Shown here: positions 28,887-38,595 of the stretch, piece after piece
How positions within the stretch are numbered: position 1 is the stretch's first letter
Layout: the number at the start of each line of letters is the position of its first letter
Assembly: GCA_965242725.1 (NCBI GenBank)
Contig: CBDESZ010000027.1
Span: 47,223 to 111,222, forward strand
Length of the DNA: 64,000 nucleotides
Origin: Alkalispirochaeta sp.
GTDB lineage: Bacteria; Spirochaetota; Spirochaetia; DSM-27196; Alkalispirochaetaceae
Reading direction: 5' to 3'
The notes under the pieces: model-generated
Told to the model about the DNA's origin: nothing
Database searches by the model: none
What the model saw: only the letters and a program-made list of their open reading frames with translations
Made by a program: the position numbers and the translations under genes

Positions 28887-29730
28887 TTGGAACGCGGAGA
28901 AGTCGGTTTTCACAACTACTATCGATCAATCTATCCCGAAAGGTGGGATGATATCGTACGGGCGCTTGCACCTTCCCCCCTCGTACATGGAGCTGCGGGA
29001 CGGGTTGCTCCAACCCTACTACCTCGACGCGGCATCAGTTGCGGCGGCGAGCCTGCTGCCCCTGGACGACGCGCGGGAGGTTGTGGATCTCTGCGCCGCG
29101 CCGGGAGGTAAGAGCCTCGTTCTCGCCCTGCGGTTGTGGCGTACAGGTCAGGATGGTGATGTCAGGCTGGTGGCAAACGAGTTATCGCCGTCGCGCCGGA
29201 ATCGACTCATACGCGTATTGGACACCCATCTTCCCCCGGAAATGCGCAGCCGGGTATCCGTGTACGGCCATGACGCCGCGCGCTGGGGCGTCCATCGTCC
29301 GGAGAGCGCGGACGCGGTCCTTGCCGACGTTCCCTGTTCATCCGAGGGCCACCTCCTCGGAAACGCGAAGGAGCTCTCGCGGTGGGGAAAAGGGCGTATC
29401 AAACGCAACGTGACCACCCAGCACGCGATCCTTGCCGCCGCCGCCGACTCCGTCCGCCCGGGTGGACACATCCTCTATGCAACCTGTGCCCTTACGCCCG
29501 AGGAAAATGACGATGTTGTCGAGTGGGTCCTGCGCCGGCGACCGGGAAAACTGACGCCTCTCACGGCGGATGACCTGCGGGGTCTGCCGGCGGCGGCGGA
29601 CCATCCCCTCCTTCTCACCGCCGAGACGACGCGGCGGGGGACTCCATATCCTGCCCGACACCTCAGGCGGGGCGGGACCGATCTACCTCTCCCTGCTCCG
29701 ACGCGACGACTGAGACGGAACGGGTCGTGA
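28887..29730 (+). pseudogene. RsmB/RsmF/NOL1-NOP2-Sun-type RNA cytosine-C5 methyltransferase, two frame breaks as assembled
   Basis: DLCAAPGGKS (SAM motif), DVPCSSEG (motif IV Cys) and YATCALTPEEND (motif VI Cys). The N-terminus FHNYYRSIYPERWDDIVRALAPSP is in another frame (28887-29111 ORF). The conserved C-terminus LHILPDTSGGAGPIYLSLLRRDD* is in a third frame ending at 29713. Confidence 0.75.
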
Positions 29731-29788
29731 TGATTCACCGTCTTCCGTAGTGACAGAGGAGACACGCTAAGCTACACTCGCCCCCCCG

Positions 29789-31882
29789 ATGAAAGAGCTC
29801 CTTGAACGACTGAATGAACAACAGCGGGAAGCGGTGACGACCATCGACGGACCGCTCCTGATAATCGCGGGCGCCGGAAGTGGAAAAACGGGCGTCATAA
29901 CGACCAGGATCGCCTATATGGTCCATCAGGGGATCGACCCCGCGTCAATCCTCGCAATGACCTTCACCAACAAAGCCGCCGGCGAGATGGAAGAACGGGT
30001 CAAGGATCTCCTCATGGCGGTCAAGGATGATCCCGTTTCCGCAAAGGCTGCGGCAAAGGCGCTGACAATCAGCACCTTTCACGCCTTTGGACTGGCCATG
30101 CTCCGCCGGTACGGCCGTCTCGTCGGATATCGCCCCAATTTTACCGTCTACGACTCGGGCGACCAGATCGCCCTATTGAAAGAGGCTGCCAGGGAACTGA
30201 AAATTGCGCCCGACGATCTGGATATATTCGGTGTGCTCCAGCTCTTTTCAGGCATAAAGACCGAACGAATCTCATGGAACGACGAACGATGGTACGACAT
30301 GGCGGCAGCGCTCGGTGAGGCGTCGGGTTACCGCGGCGTCTCCACATTTCGGGACCTCTACCAAAGCTATCAGGAGCATCTCGTCACCTTTAACGCCGTC
30401 GATTTCGACGATCTCATCGTCAAACCTCTGCAACTCCTCAGGGACAATCCCAAGGTGCGGGGCCACTACGCCGACCATTTCCGGTACATCATGGTGGACG
30501 AATTTCAGGATACCAGTACGATCCAGTATCGCGTGCTCTATCAGCTGGCTCACGAATGGCGCAACGTCTGCGTCGTCGGCGATGACGACCAGTCCATTTA
30601 CAGCTGGCGTGGTGCGGACTACTCCAACCTGGAAAACTTCGAGCGGGACTTTCCGGAGTTCCGGGAGATCAAACTGGAGCGGAATTACCGATCCACGGGA
30701 CAGATACTGAGCGCCGCCAACGCCGTTATTGCCAACAACACCAATCGTAAAATCAAGGAGCTCTGGACCCATATCGAAACGGGCAATCTCATAGAGCTCT
30801 CTTTTCCCGACTCGGACGACCAGGAAGCGGAATTCATCGCGGAAAAGATAAAACTTCTCGCCTATCAGGAGAGTCTTACCTACGACGCGTTTGGTATTCT
30901 CATCCGGACCAACAGCCAGGCGCGCCTCATCGAGGAGGCGCTGCTCGAAGGTGACATTCCCTATCGCATGTCCGGCGGCCAGAGTTTCTTTCAGAGGAAG
31001 GAAATCAAGGATATCGCCGGCTATATGCGGGTTGTGCTCAACCCCGACGACGACGTCAATCTGCTGCGGACGATCAATACACCCCGACGGGGAATCGGAC
31101 GACGGACGGTGGAGCAGCTCCATACCGTGGCGGAAGGGCGTAAAATCTCCCTCTACTCGGCGATCAGCCTCGTCATTCACGGCGAGGTGCCGGCTGAGGA
31201 GCACGGCATCGGAAAAAACGCGGTGGCGAGCCTCTCCGAATATATTGAGCTGATCCAATCGTATCAGGAGCGCTTCTCCACCACCAGACACCTTGCGGCA
31301 ACCACGGAGCGGCTCGTTACGGAGCTCGATTACTGGGGATACCTGATACAGGAATTTCAAAAGAGCGAGCGAGCCGCCAAGGCAAAATGGAAAAACATCG
31401 GTTTTTTCATACGATCCATTGACCGGTACGAGACAAACCCCGATATCATCGAACCTTCACTCCAGGGATACCTCAACCGAATCAGCCTGCAGGTGCGGGA
31501 CGAACTGAGTGAACAGGCCGATCACGGCAGCGTTCACCTCATGACGATCCACGCTGCCAAGGGGTTGGAGTTTGACATCGTATTTCTCGCAGGCGTAGAG
31601 GAAGGAATCATTCCTCACGAACGGAGCCTCGAGGAAAACAACGGCAATGTCGAGGAAGAGCGCAGACTCTTTTACGTTGCCATTACCCGCGCCAGAGACC
31701 GCCTCTTCATGACGAGCTGCCGTCGTCGACACGTTCAAAATGAGGTGATCGAGTCGGTTCCTTCACCGTTCATTCAGGAAATCCCGGCGGAATTGTTGCA
31801 GAAGACCGGTACCGATCCCGCGGCGGGTATGGAAATACCGGAAGATCCCTTTGCGATGATGAAAGCCCGTTTTGCCGATTGA
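29789..31882 (+). CDS. pcrA: UvrD/PcrA-type ATP-dependent DNA helicase
   Basis: LNEQQREAV...IIAGAGSGKTGV (motif I), MVDEFQDTS (motif II), GDDDQSIYSWRGA, TIHAAKGLEFD and YVAITRA. Confidence 0.9.
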   Translation: MKELLERLNEQQREAVTTIDGPLLIIAGAGSGKTGVITTRIAYMVHQGIDPASILAMTFTNKAAGEMEERVKDLLMAVKDDPVSAKAAAKALTISTFHAFGLAMLRRYGRLVGYRPNFTVYDSGDQIALLKEAARELKIAPDDLDIFGVLQLFSGIKTERISWNDERWYDMAAALGEASGYRGVSTFRDLYQSYQEHLVTFNAVDFDDLIVKPLQLLRDNPKVRGHYADHFRYIMVDEFQDTSTIQYRVLYQLAHEWRNVCVVGDDDQSIYSWRGADYSNLENFERDFPEFREIKLERNYRSTGQILSAANAVIANNTNRKIKELWTHIETGNLIELSFPDSDDQEAEFIAEKIKLLAYQESLTYDAFGILIRTNSQARLIEEALLEGDIPYRMSGGQSFFQRKEIKDIAGYMRVVLNPDDDVNLLRTINTPRRGIGRRTVEQLHTVAEGRKISLYSAISLVIHGEVPAEEHGIGKNAVASLSEYIELIQSYQERFSTTRHLAATTERLVTELDYWGYLIQEFQKSERAAKAKWKNIGFFIRSIDRYETNPDIIEPSLQGYLNRISLQVRDELSEQADHGSVHLMTIHAAKGLEFDIVFLAGVEEGIIPHERSLEENNGNVEEERRLFYVAITRARDRLFMTSCRRRHVQNEVIESVPSPFIQEIPAELLQKTGTDPAAGMEIPEDPFAMMKARFAD

Positions 31883-31908
31883 CCGTTTTCTCAGTATGTT
31901 CTTTCACG

Positions 31909-32571
31909 ATGAGTTCCAAAGACGTGGACCGGGTTCCAATGTTTCCCCTCGGCTTAGTGCTCCTGCCGCGCATGCCCCTTCCCCTTCACATTTTTGAGGA
32001 ACGGTACCGTCACATGGTACAGAAGTGTATCTCCGACGGTACTCCCTTCGGTGTGCTCCTCCATACGGGTTCAACTGTGCAAACCGTTGGATGCCTCGCC
32101 CTCGTAGACAGCGTCATCAACCGCTATGACGACGGCAGAATGGATATACTCGCCGTCGGGACGGAGCGGTTCCGCGTGCGCCACATGTACGACGATAAAT
32201 CGGTTCTGGAAGCGGATATCGAAATTTTCCACGACAATCCGCTTGATGCGGAGACGGAAAAGAAGATCGACGGCCTCGTGAGAAACGCCGTGACGGATCT
32301 GCAGGAATTTGCCAATACCGCCGGGTACACAATAGATTCCGGAATGCTTGAAGCTATGGACACCGAGGAACTATCCTTTCTTCTGGCGACCACCGACGTC
32401 TTCAGCACCGAAGAAAAGCAGCAGTTCCTTGAGCTTCGATCGACTCCCGACCGTATGCTCCGCGCCGGCAGGGCAATCGAAAACAGTAAAGAGCGGCTGA
32501 ATATGTCAAAAACGATTCGGAAAATTCTCGGAAAAGATGCGGATGAAGATATTACACACCTATTCAATTAA
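31909..32571 (+). CDS. LON N-terminal (PUA-like substrate-binding) domain protein
   Basis: VPMFPLGLVLLPRMPLPLHIFEERYRHMV is the Lon N-domain signature, with no ATPase or protease part. The ATG at 31909 is preferred over the TTG at 31879, which overlaps the pcrA stop. Confidence 0.75.
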   Translation: MSSKDVDRVPMFPLGLVLLPRMPLPLHIFEERYRHMVQKCISDGTPFGVLLHTGSTVQTVGCLALVDSVINRYDDGRMDILAVGTERFRVRHMYDDKSVLEADIEIFHDNPLDAETEKKIDGLVRNAVTDLQEFANTAGYTIDSGMLEAMDTEELSFLLATTDVFSTEEKQQFLELRSTPDRMLRAGRAIENSKERLNMSKTIRKILGKDADEDITHLFN

Positions 32572-32665
32572 GGGCGTGCGGAATATTGACAATGCGTCGT
32601 TCATGACGGATGGTTCATTCAATACGGTCGTGCTCGTGGTAAATTAGCCGAAGCGAGGGTATAAA

Positions 32666-33271
32666 ATGAGCAATTACAAAACTAGAATTGAAGAAATTTC
32701 CACTATTCTTGGAGAGACCGAGGAAGAGTGTAATCGCCGCCGACGGGCAATCGGAAAAGAGTTTGTATCGATCGCCGACGGAACGAGTACCGGCGCCGAT
32801 GTATCGGAGCTCCTCTCAAAATATGAGACAATTACGACGCAAATCGAGCAATCCAGTTCCGCCCTGGAACGGATGATCCGCATTGACGAACGACAGTCGG
32901 AAATCCGCGGAAAAATGAGAAATGTCCAGAAGGAACTTGAGCAGCTTGAGAGCGGAAGAGATCTTGCGGGAGCCTATGAAGCGGTCGGCGCGTCCGCCTT
33001 TCGTCTCTTCAAGGAACACCCCCTCGTCGATGCCACCTACTCGACCGTTTTTTCCGGCGTGGCACGCTTTCAGGACCAGATGCGTCGCATTGACGCCCAG
33101 CCGGAGCAGCTGCAGACCGATCCCGCCGGTCGCTCGTCATCGCTGATCGACAGAATTTCCCGGGGCGGGCGAAACGTCATTCTGAGAAACAAGCGTACGG
33201 TAAAGGAAAATCAGCTGCCCGGTCTTCTGCAGAAACTCGGCCGTGATCTTGGCACATACCGACTTCTTTGA
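32666..33271 (+). CDS. coiled-coil hypothetical protein (possibly the N-terminal part of one longer gene)
   Basis: Charged heptad-rich sequence with no recognised motif. The ORF ends 29 nt inside the next same-strand ORF. Confidence 0.5.
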   Translation: MSNYKTRIEEISTILGETEEECNRRRRAIGKEFVSIADGTSTGADVSELLSKYETITTQIEQSSSALERMIRIDERQSEIRGKMRNVQKELEQLESGRDLAGAYEAVGASAFRLFKEHPLVDATYSTVFSGVARFQDQMRRIDAQPEQLQTDPAGRSSSLIDRISRGGRNVILRNKRTVKENQLPGLLQKLGRDLGTYRLL

Positions 33272-33803
33272 TGCCATGGACGACGACGAGCTCACCACCG
33301 CATCTGAGCCGATCCGCGCGGCGGAACGTCAAAAGAGTGCACTGAAGGAGCAGATCGAGGCATTGAGCGAAGAGTCACGGCAGCTGGTGGAGGAGTTCAA
33401 CGCTCTTTCCGGCGGTTCACGCCTTTCCAAGGCGCAGAAGGACCGCGAAGCGGAAATTGCACAGGCTCAGGAACGGCTCAACGAGGTGCTCCTTCAACTG
33501 GGCGACGAGGCCCGCAACGAGCGTCCCGAATCTCTGACCGCTGAAATCGAGGCACTGGAACACGACGAATCCCGGGCACATCACTTTCGATCTATCCTGG
33601 AACGGCTGGAACTGGGACAGAAAGCGGAAGCACTCGGAGATGAAATCTCTTCGGACAATGTCCGTATGGCCCGCCTGAACGAGCGAATTGCCGCCCTTCA
33701 GGACGAAAAGGGCCGGTTGGAACACGAAGTCCGTCAGAAAGAGGCGGAACGGGAGAACCTCATCGCCCGGCGGGGAAATGAGGACGAACTGTTCGGCAAA
33801 TAG
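33243..33803 (+). CDS. coiled-coil hypothetical protein (possibly the C-terminal part of the preceding gene)
   Basis: GTG start with no RBS, overlapping the previous ORF. The composition (E/R/A/L-rich coiled coil) continues seamlessly from the upstream ORF. Confidence 0.45.
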   Translation: MILAHTDFFDAMDDDELTTASEPIRAAERQKSALKEQIEALSEESRQLVEEFNALSGGSRLSKAQKDREAEIAQAQERLNEVLLQLGDEARNERPESLTAEIEALEHDESRAHHFRSILERLELGQKAEALGDEISSDNVRMARLNERIAALQDEKGRLEHEVRQKEAERENLIARRGNEDELFGK

Positions 33804-33805
33804 AC

Positions 33806-35974
33806 GTGGATCTCCACTTTGACGACGAGAAGCTGCCTCTCGCCGCGCGCCTGCGGCCGCGCACGCTGGAGGAGTTTTTCGGGCAGGAACAGATTGTCGG
33901 CTCGGGAAGGCTGTTGCGCCGGGCGATACAGGCAGATCAGCTCACTTCTATCATCCTTTCAGGTCCGCCGGGAACGGGCAAGACGACTCTCGCCCGAATC
34001 ATCGCCGCCCGTACCCAGAGCCAGTTTCTCACGATGAACGCCGTCCTGAGCGGCATCAAGGATATTCGCACCGCCATCGAAGAGGCGAAGGCGTATAGGC
34101 AGCAGACAAACCGGCGAACCATACTCTTTGTCGACGAAGTTCATCGCTGGAACAAGTCGCAACAGGACGCCCTCCTTCCCTGGGTTGAGGACGGTCTCTT
34201 CGTTCTCATCGGTGCAACAACGGAAAACCCCTTTTTTGAAGTGAATCGCGCCCTTCTTTCGCGGAGTCGCGTCTTCGTCCTCCGGGCACTGACGGAAGAG
34301 GACCTTGAACATATCCTCGATCTGGCGCTCCATGACGTCCAGCGCGGCTACGGTGACTATGACGTGGTCGTCACGGCCGACGCCCGGCGCCACCTCGTAA
34401 CCAAGGCCTCCGGTGATGCCCGTACCCTTCTGAACGCCCTGGAACTGGCGGTGGAAACGAGCGTCGACATCTTTCCGCCTCCCCGGGGAACGCGAATCAC
34501 CGTCGATCTCGCGGTGGCGGAAGACAGCATTCAGCAACGGGCGCTTCTCTACGACAAGGACGGCGACTACCATTTTGACACCATCAGTGCGTTCATAAAG
34601 TCGATACGGGGCTCCGATCCCGATGCAGCGCTCTACTGGCTTGCACGAATGCTGGAAGCCGGGGAAGATCCCCATTTCATTTTTCGACGTCTGCTGATTC
34701 AGGCTTCCGAAGATATCGGACTTGCAGACCCCGGTGCGCTCGGCGTGGTGACGGCGTGTGCAGACGCCTTTGACCGGGTAGGATTGCCTGAAGGACGGTT
34801 CCATCTCGCCCAGGCAACGCTCTATCTCGCCACGACTGAAAAATCAAACTCCACCCTCGGCCTCTTTGACGCTATTGCGGCGATACGACAGGGCGGCGAC
34901 GACGGCGTACCCACCCATCTCAAGGATCCCTCCCGTGACGGTGCGGACATGGGACACGGGAAAGGTTACCTCTATCCCCACGCCTATGAGCACCACTGGG
35001 TCGCCCAGCGTTATCTCCCCGAGGAGTTGAAGGAACAGATCTTCTATCACGGCGGCACTCTCGGCTGGGAGGGCGAACGAAACGAGACAATCCGGGAGCG
35101 CCGACAGCTTCAACTCGCCGCGATCACTGAAGAAGAGCGTGAACCGTGGAGCGTCGCCCCCGCGGAAGACACAACATCCCGGTGGAATCGCCGCACAACT
35201 GTGCAGGAGAGCGATTCCCGGGCGCTCCGCGACCAGTTGACGGAGGGACTCTCGATCGCTCCCACAGATCGGGTACTTCTGTACGGCGACGCGGTGCAGC
35301 TTCTCCTCTGGCCGATCCACAAACGGGCGTCGGCGGGAATTACTTCGGCATGGACGGACGGGACATCCAGGCAATCGATCGTACACACCCTGGGAGACCG
35401 CCGGGAAAGCGTATACAGCCCGGAGGTTCATCAGATGGACGACGTACCGGATGACGCATACCCGGGGCCCTTTGATCTTGTCGTCTACCGCGCCGTCTCA
35501 CCACTCCTTCCTTCAGGTATACTTCCCCAACTGCTCTCCCGGCTGGCGGAGAACGGCGTCTTTCGCGTCGTTGTCACCGACATCCATGAAGGTGACAGTC
35601 CCGCCTCGATTCTCCCCCTTCCCGGCTCCATTGCGTCGGACCTGAAAAGTATACAGCGCGAGATCTATCCCCCCGCCGTCGACCAATGGCGGGAAGCGCT
35701 CCTTGATGCTATTGAAACGAGGTTGAAGAAACCCGATTCACCGCTCCCTCCGTACCGCCTTGAGGAGCGGGAAGTACGTCACCCGGTGCGGAGACATCTC
35801 TCCCCCGACGTCGTAGCCTCGTGGCTCGCGGAAGGGACGCCACTCGGACGCAGGGCGGGTGAAATCCTTTCCTCCGACGATTACAAAAGCCTCCGCCACG
35901 CCGTAGCTGAACTGGAGGAGCGGGAGTATCCCTGGACCCGGGTTTATCGCGTCTTTACCGTTGCGCCGCCTTGA
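33806..35974 (+). CDS. rarA: replication-associated recombination protein A (RarA/MgsA AAA+ ATPase) with a C-terminal extension of about 270 aa
   Basis: [51 protein letters not shown] and the MgsA C-terminal helical domain (DPDAALYWLARML) fill about 440 aa. Residues from about 450 to 722 are extra. Confidence 0.85.
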   Translation: MDLHFDDEKLPLAARLRPRTLEEFFGQEQIVGSGRLLRRAIQADQLTSIILSGPPGTGKTTLARIIAARTQSQFLTMNAVLSGIKDIRTAIEEAKAYRQQTNRRTILFVDEVHRWNKSQQDALLPWVEDGLFVLIGATTENPFFEVNRALLSRSRVFVLRALTEEDLEHILDLALHDVQRGYGDYDVVVTADARRHLVTKASGDARTLLNALELAVETSVDIFPPPRGTRITVDLAVAEDSIQQRALLYDKDGDYHFDTISAFIKSIRGSDPDAALYWLARMLEAGEDPHFIFRRLLIQASEDIGLADPGALGVVTACADAFDRVGLPEGRFHLAQATLYLATTEKSNSTLGLFDAIAAIRQGGDDGVPTHLKDPSRDGADMGHGKGYLYPHAYEHHWVAQRYLPEELKEQIFYHGGTLGWEGERNETIRERRQLQLAAITEEEREPWSVAPAEDTTSRWNRRTTVQESDSRALRDQLTEGLSIAPTDRVLLYGDAVQLLLWPIHKRASAGITSAWTDGTSRQSIVHTLGDRRESVYSPEVHQMDDVPDDAYPGPFDLVVYRAVSPLLPSGILPQLLSRLAENGVFRVVVTDIHEGDSPASILPLPGSIASDLKSIQREIYPPAVDQWREALLDAIETRLKKPDSPLPPYRLEEREVRHPVRRHLSPDVVASWLAEGTPLGRRAGEILSSDDYKSLRHAVAELEEREYPWTRVYRVFTVAPP

Positions 35975-36012
35975 CAAAAGCGGGTTAATTGGGCATATTC
36001 CACCGGACTTGC

Positions 36013-36085
36013 GGTGGATGTAGTTCAATGGTAGAGCGCCAGATTGTGGTTCTGGTTGTTGCGGGTTCAAGTCCCGTCATCCACC
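36013..36085 (+). tRNA. tRNA-His (GTG)
   Basis: Encoded G-1 plus acceptor GTGGATG/CATCCAC, anticodon arm CCAGA-TTGTGGT-TCTGG. Confidence 0.9.
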
Positions 36086-36092
36086 CTGACGT

Positions 36093-36166
<74 letters not shown>

Positions 36167-36176
36167 CAGAAACCGT

Positions 36177-36249
36177 GGGCCGTTAGCTCAGCTGGCAGAG
36201 CAGCAGACTCTTAATCTGCGGGTCGAAGGTTCGATCCCTTCACGGCTCA
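36177..36249 (+). tRNA. tRNA-Lys (CTT)
   Basis: Acceptor GGGCCGT/ACGGCTC, anticodon arm GCAGA-CTCTTAA-TCTGC. Confidence 0.9.
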
Positions 36250-36325
36250 CATACCGCGTCGCCGAATAATAAGGACGGACGCATCGGAGAGCGCTTGACG
36301 AATGTGATATCTTTTGGATATCATT

Positions 36326-36407
36326 GCGAGAGTGGTGAAATTGGTATACACGCCAGATTTAGGATCTGGTGCCGTAAGGCGTAAGGGTTCGAGTCCCTTC
36401 TCTCGCA
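36326..36407 (+). tRNA. tRNA-Leu (TAG)
   Basis: Acceptor GCGAGAG/CTCTCGC, anticodon arm CCAGA-TTTAGGA-TCTGG, long variable arm. Confidence 0.9.
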
Positions 36408-36456
36408 ATTGAAGGGACCGCCGCCATATTCACCAGTTACAAGTGGTCCCGTATTT

Positions 36457-36528
36457 GCGAGAGTAGCTCAGTGGTAGAGCTCCACCTTGCCAAGGTGGAT
36501 GTCGCGGGTTCGAATCCCGTCTCTCGCT
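36457..36528 (+). tRNA. tRNA-Gly (GCC)
   Basis: Acceptor GCGAGAG/CTCTCGC, anticodon arm CCACC-TTGCCAA-GGTGG, discriminator T. Confidence 0.9.
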
Positions 36529-36539
36529 CTCTTTTTTAA

Positions 36540-36572
36540 GGCGGTTCGGCCATCCGGATCGCCATTTTTTTT
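36540..36572 (+). terminator. rho-independent terminator after the tRNA cluster
   Basis: A 10-bp stem GGCGGTTCGG / CCGGATCGCC (two G-T pairs) with loop CCAT, followed by A and T8 (36565-36572). Confidence 0.75.
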
Positions 36573-36605
36573 ACGTCGGACTCAAGGGATGTAAAGGGCA
36601 AACAC

Positions 36606-37967
36606 ATGGTACAAGACAAACAGATCGAGAAGCAGGAACAATCATCAGTCAAATTGACGATGACTGTTTCCGCCGATGAAGTGCGTAAAGCGTATGACGA
36701 GCTGGTAAAGAAATACAGCAAAGACGCACAGATCAAGGGATTTCGGAAAGGGAAAGTTCCCAAAAACATTCTGGAGCGGAAATTCGGTGAATCCTTTCGT
36801 GCGGAAACGCTTCAGAACATCATCGAACAGGCGCTTCAGGAGTCGATTACCGACGTAGACGAGACGCAACGCCCCCTCCCCTACGCGCAACCGACCCTGC
36901 TTGACGAAACGCTCGAGCTTGACCCGGACAGGGAACTCACCTTCAGCGTAGCATACGACGTCTTCCCCGAGGTGCAGGTTGGTACGTACAAGGGGCTGGA
37001 AATCAAGGAACCCCAGGTAAAGGTCACCAAGAAAGACGTGGAGCGTGAACTCGATCAAATGCGGGAGCAGAACGCTCTTGTCATTGAAAAAGAGGACGGT
37101 GCCGTCGCGGAAGGCGATATCGTCACCATGAATTACGAAGAGGTCGATGAAGACGGCAATCCGGTACCCCAGACACAGCGGGAAGACTACACCTTTACCG
37201 TCGGCAGCGGACACAACCTCTACCATCTGGATACCGAAGTCGTCGGCATGACCAGGGACGAAGAAAAGATCTTCGACAAGGAGTTCCCCGAGGACTTTGA
37301 ACATGAAGAGATCGCCGGAACGAAAAAGCGGATCAAAGTCACCATTACCCAGATAAAGCAGCGGGATGTTCCGGAACTGGACGACGACTTTGCCCAGGAC
37401 ATCAGTGACGACTTTGAAACGCTGGACGATCTGAAAAAGGATGTACAGGAACGGCTGGAGAAGACGGCGGCGGAACGCATTCGCGGCCGGAAGATCGATC
37501 AGCTCATGGAGCAGGTCGTTGCCGACTCGGAGGTTGATGTCCCTGCATCCATGGTGGACACCGAGCTGGAAAACAGCTGGCGCAATCTTTCACAGCAGTA
37601 TCGCGTCACACCTGAACAACTGGATCAGCTCCTCAATATGCAGGGAAAAACACGGGACTCCATATTTGAAGAGTGGCGCCCCGCCGCAATTGAGCGACTC
37701 AAGCGAAGCCTCCTTGTACAGAAAATGATCGAAACCGAAAGTATCGAGGTCAGCGAGGAAGACGCGGAAGAAGAGATCAGATCTGAAGCAAAAGAGCGCA
37801 ATGCCGATGCCGACCAGGTACTGGAATACTACAAGAAGAACGGCATGCTCAGTTACGTGCAGCAGGAGATTGCGGAACGGCGCATGTTTGACGCCGTCCT
37901 TGAGACATGTACGGTAAAAAAAGGCGACAAGGTTGAATATCTGGACCTTGTCGGCGGGAATGAGTAA
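36606..37967 (+). CDS. tig: trigger factor
   Basis: N-terminal ribosome-binding motif GFRKGKVP, a central FKBP-like domain, a length of 453 aa, and its position upstream of clpP-clpX. Confidence 0.9.
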   Translation: MVQDKQIEKQEQSSVKLTMTVSADEVRKAYDELVKKYSKDAQIKGFRKGKVPKNILERKFGESFRAETLQNIIEQALQESITDVDETQRPLPYAQPTLLDETLELDPDRELTFSVAYDVFPEVQVGTYKGLEIKEPQVKVTKKDVERELDQMREQNALVIEKEDGAVAEGDIVTMNYEEVDEDGNPVPQTQREDYTFTVGSGHNLYHLDTEVVGMTRDEEKIFDKEFPEDFEHEEIAGTKKRIKVTITQIKQRDVPELDDDFAQDISDDFETLDDLKKDVQERLEKTAAERIRGRKIDQLMEQVVADSEVDVPASMVDTELENSWRNLSQQYRVTPEQLDQLLNMQGKTRDSIFEEWRPAAIERLKRSLLVQKMIETESIEVSEEDAEEEIRSEAKERNADADQVLEYYKKNGMLSYVQQEIAERRMFDAVLETCTVKKGDKVEYLDLVGGNE

Positions 37968-37977
37968 TTTTCGGCGT

Positions 37978-38595
37978 ATGAATGAACAAAACAGCAACCT
38001 GGTGCCCATCGTTGTAGAACAAACGGGCATTGGAGAACGATCGTACGACATTTTTTCCCGTCTCCTGAAAGACCGGATCGTCTTCCTGGACGGTCCCATA
38101 AGTGACGCCACGGCGGATCTCGTGGTGGCACAAATGCTCTTTCTTGAAAGTCAGGATCCCGAAAAGGACATCAATCTCTATATCAACAGTCCCGGAGGGT
38201 CCGTCACGGCGGGTCTGGCGATATACGACACGATGCAGTACATAAAGCCCGACGTATCGACGATCTGTATGGGACAGGCAGCATCGATGGCTGCCCTGCT
38301 CCTGACCGCCGGTGCCCCGGGAAAACGACGGGGCCTCCCCTCTTCACGAATCCTCGTTCACCAGCCGTGGGGCGGTGTTCAGGGGCAGGCTACGGATATC
38401 GGGATACAGGCACGTGAAATCGTACGCCTTAAGAAAATGCTTATCGAATACTTCGCCCATCACACCGGAAAAACCGTAGAGAAGATATCCGCCGACCTTG
38501 AGCGGGACTATTTCATGTCCGCCACGGAAAGTGTAGAATACGGTATTATCGACGAAGTGCTGGTACGAGGTTCACATGATAAAACAGAAGAGTGA
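37978..38595 (+). CDS. clpP: ATP-dependent Clp protease proteolytic subunit
   Basis: [34 protein letters not shown] (Ser), VHQP (His) and LERDYFM (Asp). The ATG at 37978 is chosen; the upstream starts at 37933 and 37960 overlap tig. Confidence 0.9.
   Translation: MNEQNSNLVPIVVEQTGIGERSYDIFSRLLKDRIVFLDGPISDATADLVVAQMLFLESQDPEKDINLYINSPGGSVTAGLAIYDTMQYIKPDVSTICMGQAASMAALLLTAGAPGKRRGLPSSRILVHQPWGGVQGQATDIGIQAREIVRLKKMLIEYFAHHTGKTVEKISADLERDYFMSATESVEYGIIDEVLVRGSHDKTEE

Noticed and set aside
36295-36324. TTGACG-18 nt-TATCAT promoter-like pattern, plus the TGATATC/GATATCA hairpin, just upstream of tRNA-Leu(TAG).
   Set aside because: The -10 element ends only 1 nt before the mature tRNA 5' end, so a transcript would start inside the tRNA. 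It is probably fortuitous, or the hairpin is a processing signal. I did not call it.
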